From the IMG/VR virus record IMGVR_UViG_2698536312_000002: a DNA stretch of 18,845 nt. One strand, 5' to 3'. The stretch comes from a virus (Duplodnaviria; Heunggongvirae; Uroviricota; Caudoviricetes). A program made the translations under genes and the position numbers. The notes under the pieces are model-generated. The model did not search any database, had not been told where the DNA came from, and was given only the letters and a program-made list of their open reading frames with translations. Below, piece after piece: positions 1 through 9,407 of this stretch (position 1 is the first letter of the stretch; every line of letters begins with the position of its first letter).

Positions 1-2156
1 CTGAAAATAGCCCGGCGTCAGCTCAATCCGCGACGGTGCTGCCGGTGCGGCAATCCGGAAGGTGGTGGTGGCAGGTTCACCCTGCTGGCCATAGCTGTTT
101 ATCGCCCGCACCGTCAGGGTGTATTCCCCGAGCGGCAGGCCGCTGAAACGGTGCTCCGTGTCTGCGGTGATGGCGGTGGTCACCAGTCTGGCATCCGTTC
201 CCTTACCACTGGTCAGGCGCAGACTGAAGCGCACACCCTTCACCACCCGCGGCGTGTCCCATTTCGCCTGCGCCAGATACTGGCCGTCAGGTGCTGCACT
301 GCCGGTGGGATGACGCTGTTCAGGGAACCTGACTGCGGCTCAAAGCGGGCACCGTTATCCACGATGGCTTCTTTTTCCAGTACGTGCTGCACCGCCGTGA
401 TGGCAAAGGTGCCGTCCGTGTTTTCCCGGACGGAGACACAGCGGAACAGGCGACGGCGCAGTGACGGCAGGGAGAGTCCCCACACCCCGTATGTCTCCAC
501 ACCATCAGGCAGGGTACTGACCTGTATCCGGTCCGGCGCGGGGTGTTCGGTGATGTCCACACTCACCGGCTTACCGCTGCCGTTAATCAGGTTCACCGTG
601 GCGGCACCGGTCTCCGGAAGTGTCACTTCACGGTCCAGCGTCAGAGTGCGGGTGGCAGCATCAATGGACAGGACACGTCCGCCGGTCAGGGTCCCGGCAT
701 AGTCGTTATCACAGATTTCAATGATGTCACCGGGTGTGTGCCGCAGCCCCTGAGACCCGAGCGTGAAATCCACCGTCTGCGTTTCCAGCAGTTCGGTCTT
801 TATCACCCACAGTCCGGCACGGTGGGCCTGACCGCGGCTGGTACAGCCGAACGCGTCCATCTTCAGCAGGTTGCGTCCGTAGCGCAGTATGGCTTCCGGG
901 TCTTCCACCAGTTCCGTGGAGGTCTGCCAGCCGTTCTGCGGGTCGGTATAATTCACCTCCACCGCCGTGTGCCGGTCCTTCAGGGCACTGAAGCTGTAGC
1001 GGAAACCCACGCCGTTATCATCCACCACCACATCGCTGTTGGTGTACGGCCACACCACATCCGACGGGCGGTCCTGAACAAACGTCAGCGTCTGGCCGTT
1101 CCATACCGGCATACAGCGCATCGCCGAGCAGAAATCACTGAGCACGTCCCATGCCTTACGCTGTTGTGCCAGGTACGCATTGAAGGTCATCCGCGGCTCG
1201 GTCTCCCCGAAACCATCCGGGACCGTCTGGTCGCAGTACTGCCCGATGGCATACAGCGCCCACTTGTCCACATCCGCCGCCCCCAGACGTTTTCCCATGC
1301 CGTAGCGCGGGTGAGTCAGCATGTCCCACAGACACCAGGCCGGATTGTTGCTGTATGCCGGTTTCAGGCTGCCGTCCCAGATACCACTGTACGTGCGTTT
1401 TTCCGGGTCATAGTTTGACGGCACCTGGATGATGCGACCGCGGATATGGTAGTTCACCGTCATCTGCTGGCCGCCGAACTGCTCCGCATCCACCTGCAGC
1501 CCCACAATGGCCGTGTTCGGGTAGCACTGTTTCACATCGATGATTTCGGTGTATGACGACCACAGCGTCTTATTCTGCAGCTGGTCCGTGGTGCTGTCCG
1601 CTGTCTCCCGGACCATCCGGATGTTAAAAGGACGGGGAGGCAGATTATCCAGAATCACCGACGCCAGAAACTGCGAGGTGGTCTTGCCGTTAATGGTGAC
1701 ATCCTTTTCTGTCACCCAGTTACCGTTACGCTGTAACTGAATCAGCAGGCGGACGGATGTCGGGTTTCGGTCACCCTTTGACGTGGTCTGCACCAGTGAC
1801 TGCACCCCGAAGGTAACCCGCAGGCGGTCAATGTTCGCGGACGTAATGGTGCGCGTCACCGGTTTTGCCTTCGTCACTTCCACGCCCAGTCCGGTTTCAG
1901 CACCGGAGGACTCAAAGCCTTCCGGTGGTGTCTGCTCCTGCTCCCCGGCGCGTCAGACCGCCGTCACACCGTGTATCACGGGATTACCGTCCGTGTCCGT
2001 CAGCGGGGTTTTGTTCACCAGGATACTCTGCAGTCCCTTCACCGGACCTTCTATCGGTCCCTCACCAATCGCATCAATCACGCTCATCATCTGCGTGGAT
2101 TTGAGATTATCCTTCGCCTCACGAGGCGTGTGTGCCTTACCGCCACCTTTTCCCAT
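1..2156 (-). pseudogene. J: Host-specificity / tail tip protein J (lambda gpJ homologue); 5-prime portion only, gene continues past the left window edge; reading frame interrupted
   Basis: Translation matches recalled lambda J over its N-terminal and central regions (e.g. PVTRTITSANIDRLR, FRIAAPAAPSRIELTPGYFQ). GGGGAAGG Shine-Dalgarno lies just upstream of the ATG at 2154-2156. An in-frame TGA sits at 1953-1955 and the frame changes near 280-290, after which the J-like translation continues in another frame to position 1. Confidence 0.85.
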
Positions 2157-2259
2157 ACAGCCTTCCCCTGAATAAATTAACCGCCACTTGCCATTCCGTA
2201 CAGAAGTCGGATATCCTTCGCCCGAAAAGCATGAAACACATTTCTGCCATGCTAAAGAG

Positions 2260-2299
2260 AAACCCCGGTATCAGCAGATACCGGGGTTTTCTTTCATGC
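2260..2299. terminator. Intrinsic-terminator-like hairpin, possibly bidirectional, in the I-J intergenic region
   Basis: Perfect inverted repeat aaaccccggtatc / gataccggggttt around a 4-nt loop, preceded by an A-rich tract and followed by ttttctttc on the plus strand; the minus strand also has a U-rich tail. Confidence 0.5.
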
Positions 2300-2361
2300 C
2301 CACCGATAATCCTGTTGGTTAAAACCGGTAATGGCATAAAAATTCTGAATATCTTCACATT

Positions 2362-2389
2362 TTCACAAACTGACTGTGGCGCGTATAAT
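2362..2389 (+). promoter_or_regulatory. Sigma70-like promoter: -35 TTCACA (2362-2367), 16-nt spacer, -10 TATAAT (2384-2389)
   Basis: Read directly from sequence; 5 of 6 match to the -35 consensus and 6 of 6 to the -10 consensus with 16-bp spacing. It points rightward, opposite to the late operon. Confidence 0.45.
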
Positions 2390-2395
2390 TTCTCT

Positions 2396-2492
2396 GCGTT
2401 AATTTTTTTGTCGTGATATAAGAATAATTCCTTACACTTAATCTTCGTAACTCTCCCGCAGTTCCTGTCCGCGATCACTGCGGGATTTTTTT
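2396..2492 (+). ncRNA. Candidate small non-coding RNA (about 95 nt) defined by the promoter and terminator in the I-J gap
   Basis: Predicted start about 7 nt downstream of the -10 element; the transcript is AU-rich, contains no ATG and no credible ORF, and ends at the intrinsic terminator at 2454-2500. Inference only, no expression data. Confidence 0.35.
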
Positions 2493-2500
2493 ATTCTTTT
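2454..2500 (+). terminator. Rho-independent terminator on the plus strand
   Basis: 8-9 bp GC-rich stem (tcccgcagt / actgcggga) with a 14-nt loop, followed by a T-tract (attttttttattcttttt). The complementary strand has no U-tract after the stem, so it is unidirectional. Confidence 0.5.
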
Positions 2501-3180
2501 TACCCCTGCCGCCCGATAACCACGACCTTTCCGCCCCCGCCTTCATCACGGGTGCTGATGTCCTGGGATATACGGCGGGAGCCAACCAGCATTTCCCCGT
2601 AAGGCACCGGCATCGGGTTCCCCTGGGCAATCATGTTATCCAGTGAGGAAAAGTACGTGTTCTGTCTGCCGTTATCCGTTGCGCGGTAATCCGGTGTTTT
2701 TGCCTTCGGGGCCAGCATCTGGGCCACACCGCCCAGAATCATGCTGGCTCCAAGTGAAAACAGCATCGTGGTGGCAGAAAAACCACCGGCTGCCAGGGCT
2801 GAACCCCATAACGCCATTGATGCCCCGGCAGTGAAGAAAGAGCCCACGATGGCTGCCGCCCCCAGCACAATCTGCAGTCCACCCTTTCCGGCCCCGGCCA
2901 GTCGCGGCACAATGTGGATGACCGTTCCCTCACCCAGCTGTTCGTGAAGACGGGCGTACACCGCCTCCGGTGCCGTGTCATAACCGGCAATACGTATCTG
3001 GTACCAGCCTTCGTTCATCTGACGGCGAAAGCCCGGCATCTGCATCGACAGGGCGCGAATGGCTTCCGCTGCCGTGTTCACATACAGGCTGAGGCGGCGG
3101 CCAAATCGTTGTAAATCCCCGTGAAGGCAGATGCGTGCCAGTGGCGGTGACGCCAGACTGAATGCGTTCGTCGTTGCCAT
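2500..3180 (-). CDS. I: Tail assembly protein I (lambda gpI homologue)
   Basis: 226-aa ORF matching recalled lambda I (ARICL.GDLQRFGRR, QNTYFSSLDNM); overlaps the K 3-prime end by 103 nt as in lambda. Confidence 0.9.
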   Translation of the reverse strand: MATTNAFSLASPPLARICLHGDLQRFGRRLSLYVNTAAEAIRALSMQMPGFRRQMNEGWYQIRIAGYDTAPEAVYARLHEQLGEGTVIHIVPRLAGAGKGGLQIVLGAAAIVGSFFTAGASMALWGSALAAGGFSATTMLFSLGASMILGGVAQMLAPKAKTPDYRATDNGRQNTYFSSLDNMIAQGNPMPVPYGEMLVGSRRISQDISTRDEGGGGKVVVIGRQG

Positions 3181-3821
3181 TTTTCGGAATACCTCTCCCG
3201 TTTACTCAGTTGTTCAGGCAGATGGTGAAGCAGCTCACCGTTGCCGCAGTAAATGGCGGCATGGTTCGGTACCGAAGCACCAAAGCAGCACAGCAGAATA
3301 TCGCCCGCCTGTGCAGAGGACAGGGGCACCCGGTAAAAGCCGGTGACCGCCATATTGTCCAGGTAAAGGTTCTGACCGTTGCGCCACCAGTCATCCTCGC
3401 GATGAAAATCCGGCATTTCAGTCCCCGCCAGATGATAAGCATCCCGGAACAGCGTGTAACAGTCCGTCACCCCGTGCTCAAAGCGCCGTCCTGTCAGATG
3501 TGGCACACAGCGGAATTTGTGAATGTCACCCCGGCAGACCAACCACCAGGGCAGTGCGCTTTTTATCTGCAACCGCCGGTCAGCCTCGCTCAGCCAGGGC
3601 AGCCCACCGGGATGACTGTGGACCAGTGCCACAATCTCCCCCTGCATCTCTGCCCGCAGCCAGTCTTCCGGTGCGATACGAAAATACGCCTCCGGCTCTG
3701 CGGAAATATTCACACAAGGGATATACCGCTCCCCCTCCGGCGTGCTTATCACGAAGCCGCACGACTCCGCAGGCGCACACCGCCGGGCATGTGCCAGAAT
3801 CGCTGATTCAGTCTGTGTCAT
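3078..3821 (-). CDS. K: Tail tip assembly protein K (lambda gpK homologue)
   Basis: Start chosen at the MTQTES methionine (ATG 3819-3821), 10 nt after the L stop. The track ORF extends further upstream only by reading through L out of frame. Contains an HSHP motif. Start site is uncertain. Confidence 0.75.
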   Translation of the reverse strand: MTQTESAILAHARRCAPAESCGFVISTPEGERYIPCVNISAEPEAYFRIAPEDWLRAEMQGEIVALVHSHPGGLPWLSEADRRLQIKSALPWWLVCRGDIHKFRCVPHLTGRRFEHGVTDCYTLFRDAYHLAGTEMPDFHREDDWWRNGQNLYLDNMAVTGFYRVPLSSAQAGDILLCCFGASVPNHAAIYCGNGELLHHLPEQLSKRERYSEKWQRRTHSVWRHRHWHASAFTGIYNDLAAASACM

Positions 3822-3831
3822 AAACCGGGAT

Positions 3832-4530
3832 TTACTGCGAAAGTTTATTAATGGAAAGGAAACCGCCAAAATTGCCGACATTCCTGCGCAGTTCACACCC
3901 GCGCATGCACTTGCTGCATCTGTCCTTACGGATATCCGTGGTGGGGTTGTCGAACTCATCCGCCACCGCAGGACCGTTATACCCGCATTCATCTCCCCGG
4001 TAATCCCACATACAGGTGTTCGCCAGCATGATGCGACCGGGAAACAGCGCCCCGTCCGTCTCGGTCGGTGTAGCCAGCACAAACGAGGCCGTCATGGCTG
4101 TCAGCTGCGACATCTGCTCCACCACCCAGCGGTCACTCAGCTCCTGCTCCGGGTCCGCCTCCGGATTGCCCGCAACGAAATTCACCGCATCCAGAAAACG
4201 GGCATACACCCGGCGGCGGACCACCGTGGCCCCCACCAGACTCTGCAGGTCTTCCGCCATCCCGGTGACCAGACCGAACAGATTGGACACCGTCAGCGAC
4301 GGTCTGGCACTGCTGCCCCGGCCGTTCATCTCAAAGCCGCTGCCGTCAATCGGGTATGCCTCATACTTACGCCCCTGCCAGGTGACCGGCTCCCCTTTTT
4401 CATTCAGCTCATTACAGAAAAAATACCGCTCACCACCCTGTACCGTCAGGTCGATTTCCCAGAGTACCACCCGCGGTGACTGCTCTGACTTAACCGACTC
4501 GTTCAGACTTTCTTCGCGAATATCCTGCAT
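3832..4530 (-). CDS. L: Tail tip protein L (lambda gpL homologue)
   Basis: 232 aa, the lambda L length; matches recalled lambda L (MQDIR..., FLSINKLSQ). Start overlaps the M stop by 1 nt. Confidence 0.9.
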   Translation of the reverse strand: MQDIREESLNESVKSEQSPRVVLWEIDLTVQGGERYFFCNELNEKGEPVTWQGRKYEAYPIDGSGFEMNGRGSSARPSLTVSNLFGLVTGMAEDLQSLVGATVVRRRVYARFLDAVNFVAGNPEADPEQELSDRWVVEQMSQLTAMTASFVLATPTETDGALFPGRIMLANTCMWDYRGDECGYNGPAVADEFDNPTTDIRKDRCSKCMRGCELRRNVGNFGGFLSINKLSQ

Positions 4531-4859
4531 CAGTTCACCACCTGCTTAAACTCCGCGCTGAACTCAACGCGCAACATCCCGACCCGCGCAGACCACCCGG
4601 CACAGGTCACCTTTATCTGCCGGTATGCATAGGGTGGCTTCCACAAAAATGCCTTCCAGCCACCGTGCTCTGCCAGGAACGCTTCCAGATGCCGGGCCTC
4701 CTCCCGGGTCACGGAAAGCGTCACCCTGTATGTTTTCAGGTCAGCATTCAGCCCTGCCGCCATACGCTGTGAGTACCCGTCACCAAAACGCACTTCACGC
4801 ACCGATGGCTGCGAGTTCACCTCCATATCCGGCTTCACTTTCCAGCGAAAGGTTTTCAT
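4530..4859 (-). CDS. M: Tail tip protein M (lambda gpM homologue)
   Basis: 109 aa, the lambda M length; 4-nt overlap with the H stop. Confidence 0.9.
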   Translation of the reverse strand: MKTFRWKVKPDMEVNSQPSVREVRFGDGYSQRMAAGLNADLKTYRVTLSVTREEARHLEAFLAEHGGWKAFLWKPPYAYRQIKVTCAGWSARVGMLRVEFSAEFKQVVN

Positions 4860-7417
4860 CCACCGCTCCCTGATAACATACCGCCATCACGCAACTGCAG
4901 CCGGAGTTCATCCTGTGCCCCCTTGCGGGCCATCTCATACACCGCTTTCATCAGCTGCGGCCCTGCCCGCCCGTTGGGGCCGTCGTTCTGAATCACCACG
5001 TGATTGTTCTGATTAAAATTAATGCCTTCAGCCCGCCGCATCTGCGCCGGACTTCCGGCACCGCCCACATAACCACCTTCCGCATAGCCGCGCATCAGCC
5101 GGTAGAGATTCCCCACGCCAATCCGGCTGGTTGCCTCCTTCGTGAAGACAAATTCACCACGGTGAACAATCCCCGCTGGCTCATATTTGCCGCCGGTTCC
5201 CGTAAATCCCCCGGTTGCAAAATGGAATTTCGCCGCAGCGGCCTGAATGGCTGTACCACCTGACGCGGATGCGCCGCCACCAACAGCCCCGCCAATGGCG
5301 CTGCCGATACTCCCGACAATCCCCACCATTGCCTGCTTAAGCAGAATTTCTGTCATCATGGACAGCACGGAGCGGGTGAAGCTGCGCCAGTTCTGTTCAC
5401 TGCCGGTCAGCATCGCCGCCATATTCTGTGCAATACCATCAAAGGTCTGCGTGGCTGCACTTTTAACCTGTGACATACTGTCCGTGGCGCTCTCTTCCCA
5501 CTCACTCCAGCCGGACTTCAGGCCTGCCATCCAGCTCCCGCGAAGCTGGTCTTCAGCCGCCCAGGTCTTTTTCTGCTCTGACATGACGTTATTCAGCGCC
5601 AGAGGATTATCGCCATACTGTTCCTTCAGGCGCTGTTCCGTGGCTTCCCGCGCTGCCTGCCGGTCAGTCAGCCCCCGGTTTTTCGCATCAATGGCTGCCC
5701 GTTTTGCCCGTTGCTGCTGTGCGAATTTATCCGCCTGCTGCGCCAGCGCATTCAGGTGCTCCTGATACGTAACCTTGTCACCAAGTGCAGCCAGCTGGCG
5801 TTTGTACTCCAGCGTCTCGTCTTTATGCGCCAGCAGGGATTTCTCCTGTGCGGACAGCTGGCGACGTTGTGCCGCCTCCTCCAGTACCGCGAACTGACTT
5901 TCTGCCTTCCACAAATCCCGGCGCTGCTGGCTGATTTTCTCATTCGCTCCGGCATGCTTCTCCAGCGTCCGGAGTTCTGCCTGAAGCGTCAGCAGGGCCG
6001 CATGAGCACTGTCTTCCTGACGATCGCCCGCATACACCTTCACGCCGGACTGTTTCGGCTTTTTCAGCGTCGCTTCATAATCCTTTTTCGCCGCCGCCAT
6101 CAGCGTGTTGTAATCTGCCTGCAGGATTTTTCCGTCTTTCAGTGCCTTGTTCAGTTCTTCCTGACGGGCGGTATATTTCTCCAGCGGCGTCTGCAGCCGT
6201 TCGTAAGCCTTCTGCGCCTCTTCGGTATATTTCAGCCGTGACGCTTCGGTATCGCTCTGCTGCTGCGCATTTTTGTCCTGTTGACGCTGTTGATCTACCC
6301 TCTTTTGGGCTGCATCCCGCTCCAGGCGTTTTTTTTCACGATCATCCCAGTAACGCGCCCGTGCTTCATCGTTAACGAAATAATCATCCTTGCGCAGATT
6401 CCAGATGTCGTCTGCTTTCTTAAACGCAGCCTCTGCCTTAATCAGCATCTCCTGCGCGGTATCAGGACGACCAATATCCAGCACCGCATCCCACATGGAT
6501 TTGAATGCACGTGCAGTCCTGTCTGCCCAGGTCTCCAGCGTGCCCATGTTCTCTTTCAGGCGGCGGGTCTGGTCATCAAACCCTTTCGTTGCGGCCTCGT
6601 TCGCCGCCTGCAATGCCCCGGCTTCATCGCCGGAACGCTGCAACTGAGCAACATACGCAATCTGCTCCGCCGTCACGTTATGGAACTGGCGTGCCATCGC
6701 CGTCAGCCCCGACGTCGGGTCTGTGGTCAGCTTCCCGAAGGCTTCAGCGACCTTGTCCACCTCCACGCCGGATGCAGAGGAGAAACGCGCCACACTCTGG
6801 CTGATGGACGCAATCTGAGCCTCACCGCTTACCCCCGCCTTAACCAGTGCGCTGAGTGACTCGCTGGTCTGGTTAAACGTCAGCCCTGCCGCCTGCCCGG
6901 CTCTGGACAGGACCAGCATACGATCTGCCGTCAGTCCCGCCTGATTACCGGAAAGGACCAGCGTTTTGTTGAAATCGGACAGGGTTGAGTTGCCCTGATA
7001 CCAGGCATACGCCAGCGCACCGGTCGCCACCGCCAGCGAGGTGGCCCCCACCATCGGCAGGGTGATCGCGCCGGCAAGCCCCCTGAACATGGGGATCATC
7101 CCGCCGAAGGAGTCCTTAACCTGACCACCCTGTTGCAGCAGGATCAGCCAGGGATTCTGCCCCCCTGCAAGCTGCGTGGCCACGTCGGTGAACTGTGCAG
7201 GCAGCATACGCATGGCGGCTTTATACTGCCCGACGGAAATCCCCGCTTTCTGTGCAGCCAGCGCCTGTCGGCTCAGCGACTGTTCAACGACTGCCGCTGT
7301 TTTTTTCGCATCACTTTCCGTACCGGAAAAATGACGCCTGACTCTGGCCATCTGCTCGTCAAATCTGGCCGCATCCAGACTCAAATCAACGACCAGATCG
7401 CCTACCGGTTCAGCCAT
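4856..7417 (-). CDS. H: Tail tape measure protein H (lambda gpH homologue)
   Basis: 853 aa, the lambda H length; long coiled-coil-rich central region and a glycine-rich C-terminus typical of tape measure proteins. Confidence 0.9.
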   Translation of the reverse strand: MAEPVGDLVVDLSLDAARFDEQMARVRRHFSGTESDAKKTAAVVEQSLSRQALAAQKAGISVGQYKAAMRMLPAQFTDVATQLAGGQNPWLILLQQGGQVKDSFGGMIPMFRGLAGAITLPMVGATSLAVATGALAYAWYQGNSTLSDFNKTLVLSGNQAGLTADRMLVLSRAGQAAGLTFNQTSESLSALVKAGVSGEAQIASISQSVARFSSASGVEVDKVAEAFGKLTTDPTSGLTAMARQFHNVTAEQIAYVAQLQRSGDEAGALQAANEAATKGFDDQTRRLKENMGTLETWADRTARAFKSMWDAVLDIGRPDTAQEMLIKAEAAFKKADDIWNLRKDDYFVNDEARARYWDDREKKRLERDAAQKRVDQQRQQDKNAQQQSDTEASRLKYTEEAQKAYERLQTPLEKYTARQEELNKALKDGKILQADYNTLMAAAKKDYEATLKKPKQSGVKVYAGDRQEDSAHAALLTLQAELRTLEKHAGANEKISQQRRDLWKAESQFAVLEEAAQRRQLSAQEKSLLAHKDETLEYKRQLAALGDKVTYQEHLNALAQQADKFAQQQRAKRAAIDAKNRGLTDRQAAREATEQRLKEQYGDNPLALNNVMSEQKKTWAAEDQLRGSWMAGLKSGWSEWEESATDSMSQVKSAATQTFDGIAQNMAAMLTGSEQNWRSFTRSVLSMMTEILLKQAMVGIVGSIGSAIGGAVGGGASASGGTAIQAAAAKFHFATGGFTGTGGKYEPAGIVHRGEFVFTKEATSRIGVGNLYRLMRGYAEGGYVGGAGSPAQMRRAEGINFNQNNHVVIQNDGPNGRAGPQLMKAVYEMARKGAQDELRLQLRDGGMLSGSGG

Positions 7418-8248
7418 ACCGGACTCCTCCTGCGATCCCTTCTGATACTGTCATCAGCATTACGTCATCCTCCGTCATGTCCGCCACATCCGGGGAAGCG
7501 GGGATAACTTCATTCCCGTCCGGGCCAAAGCGGACACCTCCGGCAAGCCCTGCCGCTTTCTGCATCAGCACATCATCTTCAGGCTCTTCGTCAGCCTCGC
7601 GCCGGTTCAGCAGACTGAAATCCAGCGGATGCATCTCCGGATCGCTGAAAAACAGGCTGAGCACGGTGTACGTCAGCCCGGAAAAGTGCATATCCAGCAG
7701 AACATCATGAAAATAATGGGTACTGTAAAAGCGGTGCCAGTCGGCATACTCCGTGGATGACATCCCGGCAAGCATGGCGCGCCAGTCGGGTCGCCCCATC
7801 TCACGCGCCAGTTTCAGGGCAAAACTCAGCTCACCGTCGAACACTTTCCCGCAGAAACAGGCTCTGCAGGCCCGGCGTCCTCTGCCTGTTCAGGAGCATC
7901 ATTCACCACAAACTCATACATACCGGACAGCCGGTACACCACGTTTTCAGCATGAGAAATTGCCTCTGTGGGCCAGGTGGTAAGCACTTCCTGCTCAATC
8001 TGTTTAACGGCTTCATTCATGGACGGCATCTGCGTCTTCTTCGGATGGTTATGCCACAGGGACATCGCAACCACAAAAGCGCCGGTTCTGATGGCGTCTT
8101 CCACAGTAAACTTCCGGTTGCTGTCTGACTCCGCCTGTTCTGCCTGCCGTTTCATCAGGTCGAGATGCTCAATACGCTGCAGGGCTGACAGTTCAGAAAG
8201 CGTGACGGTCACACCGTTATGTTCAAATGATTCGGTTTTCAGGAACAT
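7410..8248 (-). CDS. T: Tail assembly chaperone G-T fusion, made by a programmed -1 ribosomal frameshift near the end of G
   Basis: The G frame ends at 7826. The -1 frame is open from the slippery site through to 7410, 2 nt before the H start. Slippery heptamer GGGAAAG is at 7844-7850 on the minus strand. Confidence 0.75.
7826..8248 (-). CDS. G: Tail assembly chaperone G (lambda gpG homologue)
   Basis: 140 aa, the lambda G length; GGAGAG Shine-Dalgarno upstream of the ATG at 8246-8248. Confidence 0.9.
   Translation of the reverse strand: MFLKTESFEHNGVTVTLSELSALQRIEHLDLMKRQAEQAESDSNRKFTVEDAIRTGAFVVAMSLWHNHPKKTQMPSMNEAVKQIEQEVLTTWPTEAISHAENVVYRLSGMYEFVVNDAPEQAEDAGPAEPVSAGKCSTVS
7844..7850 (-). 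promoter_or_regulatory. Programmed -1 frameshift slippery heptamer G GGA AAG (G to G-T)
   Basis: Heptamer is in X XXY YYZ phase in the G frame, 5 codons before the G stop; shifting -1 reads GGG AAA G and continues into the T ORF. Confidence 0.75.
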
Positions 8249-8263
8249 CGCTGACTCTCCGGA

Positions 8264-9004
8264 TTAACTGGCGGTGACGTTGATTTCTGCAACCGCAGCA
8301 AACTCACCATTACCAGATACGACCGGAATGTTGACCTTGCCTGCAGCAACACCTTTCACGGTGATGGTCATACCACTGACCGACACGGTGGCTTTTGTTT
8401 TATCCGCAGACACCGCACGGAAGCTCTTGTCGGTTGCGCCATCCGGCTGGAATGCCACGGTCAGCGTGGTGCTCTGCCCTTTCACTACGGAAGCACTGGC
8501 GGGTGTCACCGTCATGCCGGTCGTCGCCGTCACCGTGCTGCGATCTTCTGCCATCGACGGACGTCCCACATTGGTGACCTTCACCGTGCGGGTAATCACC
8601 TCCTTCGCCGTCACCGCCTTACCGATACTGCTGACCCAGCCACGGAACACATCGACCGTGCCGTTCGGGAAGCGGATTTTATAGGCACGGGTATCACCTT
8701 CATTAAACCACGCCAGCAGCGCCTGCTGCCCCTGCTCTCCGGGCATCCACGCCAGCGTGAAGCTGGTATCTCCGGCAGATTTCTGCCCCTGCCCGGTCGC
8801 AGTCCAGTCTGCATCTTCATCATCGAGATAGCTGTCGTCATAGGACTCAGCGGTCAGTTCGCCGGGCGTCAGGTCTTTAACTTTTGCCAGACGCGACCAG
8901 TCAACGTCTGAAAGCGGGTTCGCATAAGGGTCACCGCTCCCCTTATAAACCCACAGGGTGGTCCCGGCACCTTTCACCGGCATTGTAGGATTTGGTACAG
9001 GCAT
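8264..9004 (-). CDS. V: Major tail tube protein V (lambda gpV homologue)
   Basis: Start taken at the MPVPNPT methionine (ATG 9002-9004), which has a GAGGA Shine-Dalgarno 7 nt upstream and lies 7 nt after the U stop; 246 aa, the lambda V length. Confidence 0.9.
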   Translation of the reverse strand: MPVPNPTMPVKGAGTTLWVYKGSGDPYANPLSDVDWSRLAKVKDLTPGELTAESYDDSYLDDEDADWTATGQGQKSAGDTSFTLAWMPGEQGQQALLAWFNEGDTRAYKIRFPNGTVDVFRGWVSSIGKAVTAKEVITRTVKVTNVGRPSMAEDRSTVTATTGMTVTPASASVVKGQSTTLTVAFQPDGATDKSFRAVSADKTKATVSVSGMTITVKGVAAGKVNIPVVSGNGEFAAVAEINVTAS

Positions 9005-9011
9005 AGCGTCC

Positions 9012-9407
9012 TCACATTTCATAGATAATGACATAAGTCAGATCGGCTGAACTCCACAGGCCCGCATCATCGTCGCGCCGGTAGTCATAGCCGCTGGCCA
9101 CCATACTGGTGATCAAATCTGACAGTGCCGGGATATCGCTCATCACCGGATAAATCCGGGACTCCATCCACGAATCCAGCTCTGAATCCGGCACCTGAGC
9201 AGGCAGGAAAACTTCAATATGCAGCTCCGCCTGCCAGGTATCGCTGTCCAGCTCTTCGCCCGTGTATTCAGCGCCGGTGAGATAAACGGCAATTGCCGGA
9301 AAATCTTCCTCATCAAAAACAGCGGGGCGACCATCAAAAAGCGTCGCCCCGGTGTCATGCTTCTCCAGTGCATCCAGTACGGCTGCACGGAGTTCAGTAT
9401 GTTTCAT
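9012..9407 (-). CDS. U: Tail terminator protein U (lambda gpU homologue)
   Basis: 131 aa, the lambda U length; start overlaps the Z stop (ATGA). Confidence 0.9.
   Translation of the reverse strand: MKHTELRAAVLDALEKHDTGATLFDGRPAVFDEEDFPAIAVYLTGAEYTGEELDSDTWQAELHIEVFLPAQVPDSELDSWMESRIYPVMSDIPALSDLITSMVASGYDYRRDDDAGLWSSADLTYVIIYEM

Noticed and set aside
543-1418. Long plus-strand ORFs antisense to J, K-L, H and A (543-1418, 3742-4479, 5711-6241, 16402-17169)
   Set aside because: All lie entirely inside well-supported minus-strand structural genes, have no ribosome-binding sites, and have Arg/Pro/Leu-rich compositions typical of antisense frames in GC-rich coding DNA.
2132-2416. 94-aa plus-strand ORF running from antisense J into the I-J gap
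   Set aside because: No ribosome-binding site; it begins antisense to the J start, passes through the terminator hairpin at 2260-2299 and ends before the candidate promoter's transcript begins.
2137-2478. 113-aa minus-strand ORF filling the I-J gap
   Set aside because: It starts with GTG inside the arm of the plus-strand terminator hairpin, reads through the second hairpin, overlaps the J start and Shine-Dalgarno, and is low-complexity. It is more likely a chance frame in AT-rich non-coding DNA.
3078-4082. 334-aa track ORF suggesting a much longer K
   Set aside because: The upstream 87 codons overlap L in another frame and have no homology to K; the K-like sequence begins at MTQTES (3821), immediately after the L stop.
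8264-9034. Upstream ATG giving a 256-aa V ([10 protein letters not shown] extension)
   Set aside because: The extension would overlap the U 3-prime end and contains the GAGGA Shine-Dalgarno that serves the MPVPN start; the 246-aa start is the better model.
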